In this document: one piece after another, positions 1 through 13,600 of the stretch
Layout: each line of letters begins with the position of its first letter
Position numbering within the stretch: the stretch's first letter is position 1
From: Lingula anatina
Taxonomy: Eukaryota > Animalia > Brachiopoda
Reading direction: 5' to 3'
Length of the DNA: 64,000 bases
NCBI GenBank assembly: GCA_051362555.1
Contig: CM120640.1
Span: 15,748,001-15,812,000, forward strand
Notes under the pieces: model-generated
Database searches by the model: none
What the model was told of the DNA's origin: nothing
The model's input: only the letters and a program-made list of their open reading frames with translations
Program-made: the position numbers and the translations under genes

Positions 1-3000
1 AGAAACAGTCCAATACACATCAGACAGAAAAGGAGGGATGCTTTGAGGGAGGCTGATGTTATAATTATGGCAGGTAAGCCAGTGTATTTTTGTTGCAGCA
101 CATATCTGATTCACTTGGACTAAATCCAGTCATCAAAATGACTATTAAGTTTTCTTAGGTACTTGTGGAGAAGGTATTGAGGACATTTTAAAGTTATCAC
201 TTACATGTATCACCACTAAGATCATCATGTTGTACTAAACTTAGACTATAAAAGTCACCCCAAGGTAGTCCCCTCTATCACATCTATTCTGATTTTTTAA
301 AGTTATTATATATTCTTTACTGAAAGTATAATAAAGATAGGAGAGTCAGGGATTAAAAGCTTATTTACATGTGTTTGAATTTTAGGTGCAGTCTGTGACT
401 TCCGCCTCAGTTATGGTCGTCACTTAAGCAAAAAGGCCAAAGTAATAACTGTGAACAGGAGCAAAGAGCAACTGATGAAAGTATGGCAAAACATCACCCA
501 ACACTTTTAAAACAGACTTACAGATTTATTGAATGATATTTAACATAAGAGTTTTTAAATATCCATTATATAAAAATGATATTATTGATCTGATATGTTG
601 AATATGATATTGATTATATTAATTAGATATGGATTATATTTATTTTTTAAATTTGAAAAATTAAGAAATAAATGAATAACTGTATTTAGTTCTGTATGTT
701 AGTTCTGTTGATATAGACATTTTAACTGGTTTATTTTAGAATGCTTATGTGTTCTGGACTCCATCTGTGGCAATCCAGGCAGATGCTGGCAGTTTCCTTG
801 TTTCGCTGTCCCAAAAATTGAAAGGGTACACTTGTAACAAGGACTGGATTGAGATGCTCAAACAGAGGGACGAGGAAAAGGAGAAGGCAAACTTGTGAGT
901 AAACCTTTACATAATGACTAAGCGCTCAATATTACCAAACAAGCTTAGATGAAATGAGCATTCTGGCAGTTATTTTAATTAAATAATGTGCTTTGTTATG
1001 TAGTCAGCTTTATTTATGCTCTATTTGGAAGTGGTGTCATATTTGTCTAACAAGTGAACCAGAGCATAGAGCATAAATTGGAAAAGCATATTGTCTCCTT
1101 ATCTCTACCAGAAAACAAGCAGAGCAGAAGACAGAGTTCCATCTGAATCCATTAAAGGTACTGCATAAAGTGGAGGATTTGATGGCAGATGACAGCATCA
1201 TTGTTGCTGATGGTGGTGACTTTGTTGGCAGTGCGGCTTACATACTTAGGTATCCGTGACATTTTTTTTTTTTTCAAAATATTTGATTCCAAATCTGAAA
1301 TAAAAGTCATCAGAATTGACCTTAAAATAGTCTTGTTTGATTGGCCATGATCACCATTTCTGTTTTATGTCTGTAAACCTATAAGTCCCCCTAGACCAGT
1401 CTCACTAGAGAAATTTAGCCTAAAAATTGGTGCAAAATTTTGATCCATAGTTGTTCATTTTAAGGTTTGTACTGGTCTGAAACATAAGCTTCATCTTTTT
1501 TTTATGTACAGACACAGATGTGTCTGTACATATTGCCATCACCTGCGTCTGTCGTCGCCGTCGCCGATCATGTCGCCGTCGCTGTCGCCGTCGCCGTGCA
1601 CTTTCAGCGTTAACACCATAAGTGGAAGACAGTTTTACTTTTTGGCTTTATATTTACAGAGCTGACTAATATTCATAAAACGCAGGTCAAGTTCGAAAAT
1701 CAGCATGATCGGGCCATTATTGTAGAATTTATGCTGTTTTTTCACTTTTTAGCATATATGCAACACTGTTAACACATTTCAAGGAAAACCGATAGGCCTG
1801 TTGTCATGAAACTCATAGGAGTAATCAATCTTACTAAAACGCAGGTCAAGTTCGAAAATCGGCATGATCGGGCCACCATTTTACTAGTTATGCTGTTTTT
1901 TTACACTTTTCAACATATGCAACACTGTAAACACAATATAAGAAAAACAGATGGGCCAATTGTCATGAAAGTCACAGGAGTGGTCAATTTTACTAAAATG
2001 CAGGTTGAGTTCGTAAATCAGCATAATCGTGCCATTATTTTAGAAGGTATGCTGTTTTTTCACATTTCCTCAGATTCAATTTTTAGGCATGTTAACAGTC
2101 TCATTATTAAACTAATAAGATACGTGAAAGTGTTTGTTTGATATTTCCTGCATCTTTACAACATTATTAGTTGATTTTGTAAAAATGATGATAAACATGT
2201 TATCGTGTATTGTGTAATAAAGTTTCAAAAATGGAAATAAACTCATATCATTGCAATTTGTCAGATTCAATCATTCACTATGTTCAGAATCTCAGAATGG
2301 AAGAAATTGGACATTTAACACTGTTTTATTGATACTTTTGTCATCTCATCAATTTTCTTAGTTGATCATATAAAAATGGCAGTAAACTGTTAATTTTGTT
2401 TTATGTTAAAAATTGTTAAAAATGGGGAAAAAAACATTTCAGAACAGTGCTGTCTTGTTTACATTTTGGCATTTTCAAGTTGTGACTTTGAAGTTCCATG
2501 GGCCTGAAGACCTTTGCTAGTCACATTTTCTGAATATCCATGATACTAATATTTTATTATTAAAAATTGATGGTCATTATGCTGTTAAACATTATGTAAT
2601 ATTGCATCAAAATTTGAAAAAAAACCTATTTTGGGCACTGCTCCCATGATTACCTTTTAAGAAAAACCATGTTACTTACTGTTCTCAAACTTACAGGAAA
2701 GAAACATGGGACTAAAATACAGCTTCAGTAGGCAATGCAATCTGCCAGATAAAAGTTTTTTTGTGAAAATTTAATTTTTCACATATTGGCATTTTCAAGG
2801 TGTGACTTTGAAGTTCCACAGGCTTGAAGACCCAGGCTAGTCACATTTTCTGAAAATCCATGATACATATATTTTGTTATTAAAAATTGATTGTCATTAT
2901 GCTGTTAACCATTATGTAATATTGCATCAGAATAGAAGAAAACACAATTTTGGGTGCTGCTGCCATGATGACCATTATGGGAAAACCATGTTACTTATGA

Positions 3001-4878
3001 TTGCCAAACTTTCAAAAAAGAAATACAGGACTAAAATGCAGCCTGAGTTGGAAAAGCCGTCTAATTGACTTCTTTTTCTGGAAGTTTTACATTTTCAAAG
3101 TGTGAACTTGAACTCCCATGGGCCTGAAGCCTTATGCTTGTTTCACATTTTACTTACATTGGTATTACCTGTTGAGCATAATTAAAATTTGATGTTGAAT
3201 TTGCAGTTTAACATAATGTACTTTTGCATCAGAATTGACAGTAGCCTATTTTGTTATTTCCTGCTTTTTGTCTGTACATTTGACAGCTTTGCTGCCTTGT
3301 TATTTCATGTATGCAATACTTTAACTAGACTATTCCTGACTTATGTTGAGTTAAAGAAGACCGACATTTTTGTCTAATAGTGAATACCAATTTTTGGACA
3401 TAAGCTTTTTTGCAAAACAGGCCCAGACAGGATGGTTGGTTAACTGCAATGCAGTGAAACGGGCCCATTTGTAGTTATGCTGTTAATCCTCAGATTACAA
3501 GTTCAATCTTTATTTCAAAATTAATAAGTCAAAAAAACAATTTTGTTAATAATCAAGGCCAAGGGGCCCACTGCGTTGGTTGGATCCCGGTGCCTTTGGT
3601 ACCCTGGGAGTGGGAGGTGGATTTGCTCTCGGAGCCAAGCTGTGCCGCCCAGACAGTGAAGTGTGGATTGTGTATGGGGACGGCTCTCTTGGATACAGTG
3701 TTGCAGAGTATGACACCTTCACCAGACACAAAGTAAGACAGGACTTGAAATGTTTTGCACTGTCTACATTTTTTTAAGTCAAATAATTAATGTTAACATA
3801 ATAAGTGGTAAATTAGAGACAGAGAATCAAGTAATTTAAGTGACTTAATAAGTTGAAAATTTAAAGCATTTAGCAAAATTTAATGATTTGTAAGTTCCTT
3901 GATTGTTGAACTGTGAAGTGAAAATTATTTTTGCAAAGAAAAAAACACTGGTGAAAGAAAAGATTACTGCATGAGTTGTGTTTGGCCGATTTTGCATGTT
4001 TAACTTTTGAAAATTAAAAGAGGTTTATTATAGCATATCAAGTATTGTTCACAACCAAATATTAAGGATGGCTTTAACTTCACCCAAGCCCTTGATTTTT
4101 TTATACATTATCCACAAAATCATATACTTTGCAATGCAAGGTTTATTGATGCTGATTATCAAAGAATGTTCAGTTAAGTAATTTCACCCATTCTCTGTCA
4201 CAATTTTCTTCAGCTTCCTGTGATCTCCATTGTTGGGAATGATGCTGGCTGGACCCAGATTTCCAGAGAACAAGTGCCTTTGTTTGGGAGCAATGTGGCT
4301 TGTGGCTTAGAGGTATAGTGGTTATTTTATGTACTACAGAAAATAGTATTCCATCCATCATGGACTAATAGTAATGTCTGTTGAATTTCTGATTATTAAC
4401 TTCTGTTTTGTATGTGTGTTTGCATGTGTTATTTTATACTCTGAAGGATTTATTTACAGATTCAATTTACAAAGTTTACTTTGTCCTTTTCAGCTTTGAA
4501 GGACGTGCAGTTTGAAAGTGGCAGTCCTTGAAGATATCATTTAATGTCTTATGTGTGTTTAAGAACTAATTTATGCTTGTTCCCTTCAGCAGTGTATATA
4601 AATAGACAGTCTGACAGTTAAAATTGAAAAAAAAAATTATTCTTCATTAAAAAATATATTTTATCTAACTGATAAAATGATATTCTTTACAGTTTACAGA
4701 CTATCATGTAGTAGCAGATGGCTATGGTGGCAAGGGTATTAAGTTGGACCGTGACAATGAAGACAACATGGAAGAGGTGATCAAAGAGGCACAGAAGCTG
4801 TGTCGGGAAGGAAAGAGCGTCCTGATCAACACTTTGATAGGGAAGACCAATTTCAGAGAAGGAAGTATATCTGTGTGA
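1..4878 (+). CDS. ILVBL: Acetolactate synthase-like protein / 2-hydroxyacyl-CoA lyase 2 (ThDP-dependent); 3' part, 7 exons, 5' end outside the window
   Basis: GT-AG exons <1-73, 386-480, 740-894, 1112-1249, 3558-3732, 4214-4312 and 4693-4878 splice in phase. The product reads [25 protein letters not shown]...HLNPLKVL...[62 protein letters not shown]...[25 protein letters not shown]...[13 protein letters not shown]. This is collinear with my recollection of the human ILVBL C-terminus and includes the GDG...N ThDP motif. Confidence 0.96.
1501..3301 (+). mobile_element. Non-autonomous Helentron-associated element (HINE/DINE-1-like), family A, in an ILVBL intron
   Basis: 5' T-run, then palindrome TGTACAGACA-cagatg-TGTCTGTACA, a (GTCGCC)n microsatellite and ~159-bp tandem units (1680/1839/1998). 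The 3' end has subTIR TGTCTGTACA, a short stem-loop cagc-ttt-gctg and ends in CTTGTT. Confidence 0.8.
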
Positions 4879-6233
4879 TGAGAGAACCTAATTGAAGATG
4901 AATATTTGTTGAAGTTTGGTAGACTAATTTAGAAATTTTAACATTCTGATTGGAATTTTGTCTCCAGTCTATGATATCTTCAGAATCATAAACATAGCAC
5001 ATAGTCAAATGTGTTAAACAGAGAGAGAGCATTTAAGAATTAAAGCATTGCTTGTGTCTCCATCACAGGGTCTCTTCTATATGCACTCAGAAGATATTGT
5101 TGATACTAGTAATGCTCAGCATTAAGGCAAATTTACAGTTCATGCTATTTTCAGTTTTCTTATTTGAAAGTTAAGGTGTATTATTATGTATTATACTGCA
5201 AAGAGATGCATTTAGAAAATTACTGTTGCAAGATAAGAATCATGGTGCACAATTTTTGCCTGGTGAAAATTTTGGACAGAGTATTGCTTCATCTCTGCAT
5301 TTGAAACCAGATTTTTTTTCTTTTTTTGGTGTATACGTTTTTTTTTTTTTTTGTTTTTTTTTTGTTTTTTTTTTTTTTGTTAAATTGCATTTAAGGTCAT
5401 ATTAACCAAGTTGAAATAATATCCAGAACCGTGATAGAAATGTACTCAAATGAATAGGGTAATACTTACATAATTTGTAGTGTGTATGTTTGCAATCTTT
5501 GTATGCATTCCACTTTCCTGCATAATGTAAAAACAGGAACAGAGACAGTGATTTAAATAACAATTGAGAGATAAGTTCAGATGTTTATTCATTCAATTCA
5601 TAATGTAAACAGTGAATAGAGATCATCTGGCATAGTTGCAATGACAATGTCCTTCATTTTTGTTATGATATAAAACAGGGCTGAATAATTGCATTAAATG
5701 AAAATACATCCATTCTCCAGTCATGATTGCTTCACATAAATTTGCTTTGTAGCGTATGCCACTTAATAATATTGTTTTTAAATGTTGTGAACAAATGCTA
5801 GTCATGCCATTGGACATTGTTTTTTTCCATTTAGATCATTTCAGAATAGATGCAGACATCTTAAAGCTCTTTGAACACCATTAATAACACACAGTAATAA
5901 AATGCAACTTATAAATCACATCTTAAAACATTTTATATAAAGTATATTGCCAATTTATAAAATTTTCCAAGCATCAAAATTTAATGTCCTGTCAAGCATG
6001 CCATGCTAACATAAATTAAAACAAAAGCAAAATGTTTGTTTCTACATGTACCAGAGCACTGAATGGTTTGAATGCTGTAAAAGAGTTTCATGATCTATTT
6101 TAAAATGATGCTTGGGCATTTTTAACACTGTGTGGTGATATTCCACATGTCGAGGTTTTTATAATGTTCACTGAAAAAAAATTTTTCACACATTCTGACT
6201 GGACATGACATTTTTTTCTGACCCTTGCCAGTT

Positions 6234-7606
6234 TTACTCCCCTGAGAGATGCATCTCCTCTAAAGTGAGGCGTGAATTACCACGGTAACCAAGATAGATA
6301 TTTGTGTTGCTTGAATATCCGACATCTGAACATGTGTTTTCAGCATGCAATGAAATAACCACATCCCCAGACTGTAGACCTTTACAGATGCCGTCAACTG
6401 GAAGTCAAGAGATACATATTAGCAAACTTTTTAAAAATAAACTACAGGAACTGTAATGGTTAAGATAGTACTTACAGTCCTTTTATCTCATTATGATAGA
6501 AAAGTTTACCTTAAGAGGCTGATTTGCATTAATTATGTTAGGATCCTGTGTGGTTATACTGGGCATGTAGATTAAAGTAGTAATGTTTTAAAAAACAATT
6601 GGATTCAGACCGAGTTATTTCATTAAAATAGTTTTATCTGTACTGTTTTAGGACAGGATTAATAAGCGCATTTCGTTTGCTATCAAGGTTCAAGAACTTA
6701 CTTGCATGGGTCCTGTGATAGTTTTGATAACTATTTGTGTACAGCCGAACGTACACACTAGCTGGGTCGGTACACAAAGCCCCATTAAATTTAAAGAAGA
6801 GCTTGCCACAGAAATCATCTCCAATTCCAATGGGACCAACCCACTTCACGTGAAGTGTACTGACGGAAGATTTCTTACTGTAGGTGGCGCTCTGGAACAT
6901 GACAGGAAGTGTCTGTGCAGCCATGAGGATCATTCAACAGTCTTAGGCTCTGTTCTCACAACTTTTAGATCGATCTATCACCGCGGGGAGTCTCACTAGA
7001 TTACTGTCAGATAATCCCCCTTAAGTTTCCGTCCCCGCCTACTACAAGCTTTAAGGGGTAATTAACTTTCGTGTCCGCCCGGCTGACAGCTATTTAGCGT
7101 GAACCCCCAGGGAGTTAGGTCGATCCAATGTAGGTCGATCTAATCTATGAGAATGGGGTGTTAAACACATACAAAACCCCAAATATAAAATGTACCCAAT
7201 TAATAATGGCATATGAGCTTTTTGTTAATATTATTCAATCTTAAGGCACAAACCAATTAGTTTTTATAATTATTGTTACTGTTGTAATGTTTATGAAATA
7301 CATTGGTGTTGGTCTCTCAAAAATACCACATTCATCATGTACCAAAATCAGTGCTTGATCTTTTGTAGACTAAATCATAATGTGAACAGCACCAACAGTG
7401 TTTTTGATACCTGCAACTCTCCTTGATTAGTATTTATCTGCAGTATGTCCCAATAAAACTGCTGGATGTTAAAAATGGGAACCTGGTACATGACACCATC
7501 TGAACCCATGACTGAAATAATAATAATAATAATATACAGGGTGGTTCATAAAAAAATGATCACTTGCCATTATAATTCAAAATAAGTCGTTTTTATGGAC
7601 CAACCT

Positions 7607-7657
<51 letters not shown>

Positions 7658-10600
7658 CAGTTCTATCTGGTTGTGTGCCACAGTGTTGCAGCTGATATAT
7701 TTTGGACTGGAAAGGTGATAAGTAAACCCAGGTATAGTGTAACTTTCACCAGATACTCTACACATGGATCTTTTGTCATGGTTTAAAATCCATTCTTGTC
7801 AGGGTTCAAGTCAAAAGTATAAACGTAAATGGTTTCTGTAAATTTACGTTCTGAAAAACAGACCACCCTTTCTTCACTCACTGACTCTGCAACGGGGTTA
7901 GTTTTAAGTAGTCATGTGCATTTTGAAAGACTACTAAGCTATAGTCTCAGCAAATTGAAGAAGTCTTTCTTTAATATTTTGTTAATCAGTTATATTATAT
8001 TGACACATTTAAACTAATATTACATACAAAAGGCATGTAGAAAGCATATATTTTATTTTTGTAACATTATAAATATAATTCAAGCATATTCTATAAAACT
8101 TAGTGAATATTTTACTTACAAGCATCAATATCATGTCCCATACGTATTTCTTCCACCATAAACCTGGAAACAGCCAACCATCCTGTGTTTGCCTCTCCAG
8201 TTTCCACCTCATTCACACTGCTGCGACTTTCACCAATCAACAGACGGATGCGGACTTTGCCTGCTGGGATTCCCTCACAGATACCTTCCACTAAGAATGA
8301 TGAAACCAAAACTATATCAACCTTTTGTTCACTTAAATTCCAAGCATTTTGCCAAAGAGCAAATAACTATGTATTATTACGTAATAAACATTATTCATCA
8401 TTACTCAACTGAAATTATATTTTGTGCCATTTCAAATAGGCTACAATAATGATTATGTGATTGCAATTTTAAGAAAATGTTCAATTTGATCATATGAAAT
8501 TATAGTTGGCACAAGATTTAAAAGTATATACATTTTTCTTAACAGGCCACTCCAGGGGATTTTCCTGCCAAAATAAATTTTCCTGGAGCAAAGAGCAATT
8601 ACCTCTTACTCGTGAATTATTGCTTGACCGATCCCTGAACTTGAAATCCATGTTTTATTCCATAATTTAATACTAAAGTTTTATGTGATTGCATGACCAG
8701 TCAAAGTAACGACATCTGCCATGGAACGGTTAATCTTATGATAATTTTCAATAAGCAAAATCCACTACCAAGTCCTGTTCTGGTGTCAGCTTCGACTGAA
8801 CTTCCAGCAAACTGTGCCACAACGCCCTCTATTGGTGTTTGATAACATTCCTTCGTGGAAAATGTCACATACCTAAAGTAAAAAAACTTGCCATTAGACA
8901 AATGTAAGCTAAGTAACATGCATATGTTTTGCATCATTACTTTTTGCTTGGACAAATAAAACATTTAAAACATTTTATTTGTCCAAGTTTTCTGTCATTG
9001 TTGAATTCCTTTACAACTTCATCACAACAGTGTATGTTGAAATGACAGTCTTTGTGAATATTCCCTCTTCCAGAATGACTTAGCCAAACTGCAAATGTGA
9101 AAGGGGTTTATGTTGATATAATTTTTTTAAATAATTTTCATTTATAAGTATATATTATCTAAATCATGCTTTTAAAAAACATACCATCTTTTACTTGTGT
9201 CTCCCTTCAGCCACATTGTTCCTTCCCACTTCACTCGTACTGCAGTGTCTTCCTCACGCTTCACATAGTCAACCCACTGATATAAAGAATTTGTGACAAT
9301 TTTTATAATGCTGCTGATGTTATACAGATTTTTGGAATTAGCCATTGCCAAAAAAGATGCAGGTTTATTGTAAAGATGCAGCTTTATTTTAAAACTTATT
9401 AATTATGCAACACTTCACTTATTGTTTTTTCATGATTATTTGGCTAAGACTTGGTTCCCATACCTAGATCTATATAACAGGATCGGTTTATCTCCAAGGG
9501 GTTTCTCACTAAATTGCTTTCAGCTTAAGCAGTTTAGATGTCTGGCACGCCTACTGAAGCTGCTAAACGATAATGAATATTACCCCCTAGCAGCTTCAGT
9601 AGGCATGACAGGCATCTAAGCCACTTAAATTGATTACAATTTAGCTAGAATCCCCATTAATAATAGATCGATCCACAGTTAGTACGATAAGGTCTGGGAA
9701 TTGTCCATAAGTTTAATATTAAAAAATCTATCATGCTTACTGCAAGTTCCACATCTCCAGTGTTATCCCCTTTGTTCAAGTTGTGCACTGTGTGTTGCTG
9801 CACATTGAAGACAGAATGTGCTTCACAGGGACTTGGGATAGAGGTCTCTGAAAAAGGAATAAAATTCAACAAATAATTATTTCTACTTTTCATTATTGCT
9901 ATTTTTGCTTGAAATACTTTTTCTTATGTTTCATTTAGTTACTTTTACTATTTTTGAGAAATGTCTTTTGTATTCACTAACAAAAGGCATTTCTCAAAAT
10001 GTCTTTTGTACTCACTAACAAAAAGGAAGAATAATTATGGCTGTCAAAGTTAACATTATTTTTGGGGTTAATTTATATAAAGATATCTGAATTAGAAAGC
10101 TTTAACCAAAAACAAGTGTTTCTGAATAATTCTGGAAAAAGATACCAAAACCAATATGTGCTACAGTAAAGGACTCATGATAGGAAATATATACCTCCAC
10201 AAATATCTTCCTTGTGGGACAGGATATTATGTTGCACTGCTGTGTCCAGAATTTCTTGCCATGATAGGACATTCCCTTTCAGTTCAGACTGACATGTCTG
10301 TCCCATGGCAGTAATATCTAGTACTTTATCCCATACATTGACTCCAGTCAGATACCCAACATATGCTTGTGAAGTGGAAAAACATCCACCCACACAGTCT
10401 TGGTCTTGACCTATGACCCAGGTTCCACCTCCTAACACGCAGAGAAAAAATATTGGATACAACAATTGTCAATAAAAAAAAACAATTAAGACAGGAAGTC
10501 TCAGTAAAACCACCCAGCACTGTCAGACCAAAACAGATTCAAAATGTGCATGTCTAAATACCAAGGTTATCCCTAATAGTTACAATACAAGTTTTAACCT

Positions 10601-13600
10601 ACATGTATAAATTTACAATCAAAAACATGAATATAATAAATATCAAATTTATATATTTTATAACTATTTATCGATCTCCATTTCAACCACCCTCAAAATC
10701 CCTCCAAATTACAGGTAAATCCAATGCATATAGAAATGTGGTCTGGCTAATGAAACTGCAAATACAATATAATTGTACACTTTGTACTACAGATTGGATT
10801 ACATTTTGATGATACCTACACCATTACTATATCTAAATTATCACAACACTATACTGTAATTACCTTACCACATTCATACGTTCACCCATCACACATTCAC
10901 CAACCCACTGTCATTGTAAGAGAACACTTGTGAAATTTTATCAAAATTATTAATTTCATGAATTGTTTTAGAAGAGTTCCCTGAAAACTAAACACAACTT
11001 TATTGACACTGTTACAGAAGAACTGTACATGATAGCACAAAAAGCTTGGTCAGAAATACTGTGCATTTTTCTTACCTGCAATTGTTGTTCCAGAAGCCAG
11101 CCCTGTGGAAGTTTTAATCAGCAGTCCATCAGAGTAGAGAGCCCATTCACCATTTGCACTCTTCCAGGTCAGACAGATATGGTGCCAGTTGTTATCATTG
11201 GTCATAGTATCAACATCTATAATGTAAAAAGAATTTACATAAAATAACACAAAAATGACTAGAAAAGCACTCCGAGAGCGCAGACCTCCGCCAAGGCAGC
11301 AAAGTCTCCACCCAATGCCGTTTCACCCCTAAATTTTCATTCTATAATGATTTAGTTTTTTGATTATTGATTATTGATTGATTACTGATCTGGATCACCA
11401 CCAAAAACTAATCATCTGTTCCTTGGCCCACTTCTGACAGTTCCTGAATATTTCTTCAAAATCGGTCCATAACTTTTTTTTTTTTTTTTTTGATTATTGA
11501 TCCAGATCACCACAAAAAACTAATCACTTCTAAGTTAACCCATTTCTGACCTACCCTGAAAATTCTATCAAAATTCATCCATAACTTTTTGAGTTATGTT
11601 GATGAGAAACAGACAGACAGACAAACAGGGGTGAAAACATAACCTCCTTGGCGAAGGTAATAATTAAAAGTTATCTATAAGTTAATGAGTTATAATAATG
11701 ATAAAAAGTTTTTCCAATATGTTAGTAATATACATTGTCAAAGTAATAATCTACCATGAATAAGATTTAAAAAACTCTAGCCTACTAAGCCTACTAGAAT
11801 GAAGAAAAAAGGGGCAGCCTATCATACTGTACCACCTATAAATTCTAGATCAACACTGAGGCTTGCCTATTTAAAAGCCACAATTGTGTGTCCTGCAGGC
11901 ACTAATACAGGCCCAAATCTTAATAATATTTTTTTATTGCAAATTTTAATTTATTCTTGACTTGAGAATTCCAAAATAACTTTTTTTAGTACTGTCAACC
12001 TTGATTGCAGTATCTGCATCTGTTTTGTAAGCACAGATATAAAATGTACTAGTAGATTACTTAGTACACACTAGCTTAAATTAATACTTACCAGTATGAG
12101 GACTATTTATGTGGACTCTAATCCCTGCTGAAGCTGCCCTGTACATTATTAAAATGCCATTGTGTGTGTCAGAGTTGGCATATGAGAGAGTCGACAACCA
12201 GGCTGGAAAAATGTGAAACTCGTTTCTCAAAAATTATCTTATTTTGTTTTTCAATAAATTTTATAAATTGTCACCAACATAAAACAGAATGATGCCCATA
12301 CCTTGGACAATTTCACATTGATGGGTTTTAGTCATAGAAACAGTTTGTCATTGCCCCTCAGATCCAACTTAATATGATTTATCTTTTAATATACAGACAT
12401 AGATGTGTCTGTACATATGGCGGTCACCTGCATCTCGTCGCCATCCTCGTTGTTGTTGTTGTTGCCGTCATCTCGTCGCTAACTTTGCTGTGTGCTTTCA
12501 ATGTTATAACAATTAGTGGAAAACAGTTTGGCCTTTTGTTCTCAAATGTACAGAACAGATGAATATCTATATAATATAGGTTTAGTTCAAAAACCAGCTT
12601 GATCTGACCGTTTTTCTAAAAGTAAGTTTTTTTCACCGTATTTTATCCACCATTATACATAAAATGAAAACCATTTTACCTTTTTTTTTTTTTCAAATTT
12701 ACAGAACTGATGGATATTCATGAAATACAAGTCAAGTTAAAAAATCAGCTTGATTGGACTATTTTTCCAAAACCTATGCAGAGTACCCCCTGTCTACACT
12801 GTATGACATTTTCTTATTTGCCTCAGGCAGTAGATGGTCTATTTTGTGACCTGATCCCTACTGCCAGCAAGTTTTACAATGTTAGCAATTTTGAAATGCA
12901 ACAATCAGTATGTGACGGTGCCTGTAAAATTGGATCTGTATTCAATTACCAGAAAATTATAACTTATAAATTATAAGCTTACTTTGAATACTATATTATT
13001 ATAGTCGTAACTTCACGTCACTGCAGTGAGTTAAATAATTATATATATATTCTGTGCCACCTACTTGAACTGTCGTAGTAATCACTCCTTCCCCAGTAAC
13101 ATGCAGTGAATTCAGTCAAGTCTGGAGTTGCATGGTTGGACAAAATGGCATACTTGCTTGTGCTCAAACTACGCCATTGCCAGACTGTCCGTGGTGGAAT
13201 GCTCTCATAGCGATGGAAATCTTTCCCTGAAATAGAGAGTATTCTTAAAAACTGATATTGAACAAATTCTCCCTACTTCTCACTACAATTTTTACTTGTG
13301 GAAAAGAGAATCTTTGGATATTTAGGGAAATGGGATAAAATTCTCACACCATCTCACAAACCACATTGTAGAAATGTCAATCTGAGTTTCAGAGGACACT
13401 TTACACTCGCCTCTCACACCTTATCTACAGGACTGATATATGTATAGGTAGTAGACAGCTTGAAGTGAGTTTTCATTTGTCCTCTGTAAACTCACAGTGA
13501 GGAATATTGAGCTAACCTTAAGAATTTATTGTATTATCTGCTAATCTAAGTTTCAATCACTCTTTATTATTCAAAATCATGCATCTTTTTTACCTGGATA

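Larger units (their letters stand above)
6234..9847 (-). other. Two tandem CTHRC1 C-terminal domains (exons 24-27 and 28-30)
   Basis: TAVRVKWEG..KRWYVTFSTKEC..PIEG...VEGICEGIPAGKVRI...ANTGWLAVSRFMVEEI; and STLHVKWVG...LFFKFNGALCTDP...NYHRTHAIDGICKGLQSGDVVISL...LGYRGNSRLTLEEM. Confidence 0.85.
10195..13226 (-). other. Pentraxin domain copy 2 (exons 20-23)
   Basis: PDLTEFTACYW...LSYAN...WHHICLTWKSANGEWALYSDG...GGTWVIGQDQDCVGGCFSTSQAYVGYLTGVNVWDKVL; HxCxTW pentraxin signature. Confidence 0.92.

Noticed and set aside
1806-2141. 111-aa ORF, and similar ORFs at 34162, 34601, 52031, 62914 and 63496, as genes
   Set aside because: They lie within HINE or satellite tandem units and have no domain features.
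7577-7786. ORFs with YIYIYI, CVCVCV or THTHTH runs (also 16184, 19910, 20894)
   Set aside because: These are microsatellite translations; only the embedded exon portions listed above are coding.
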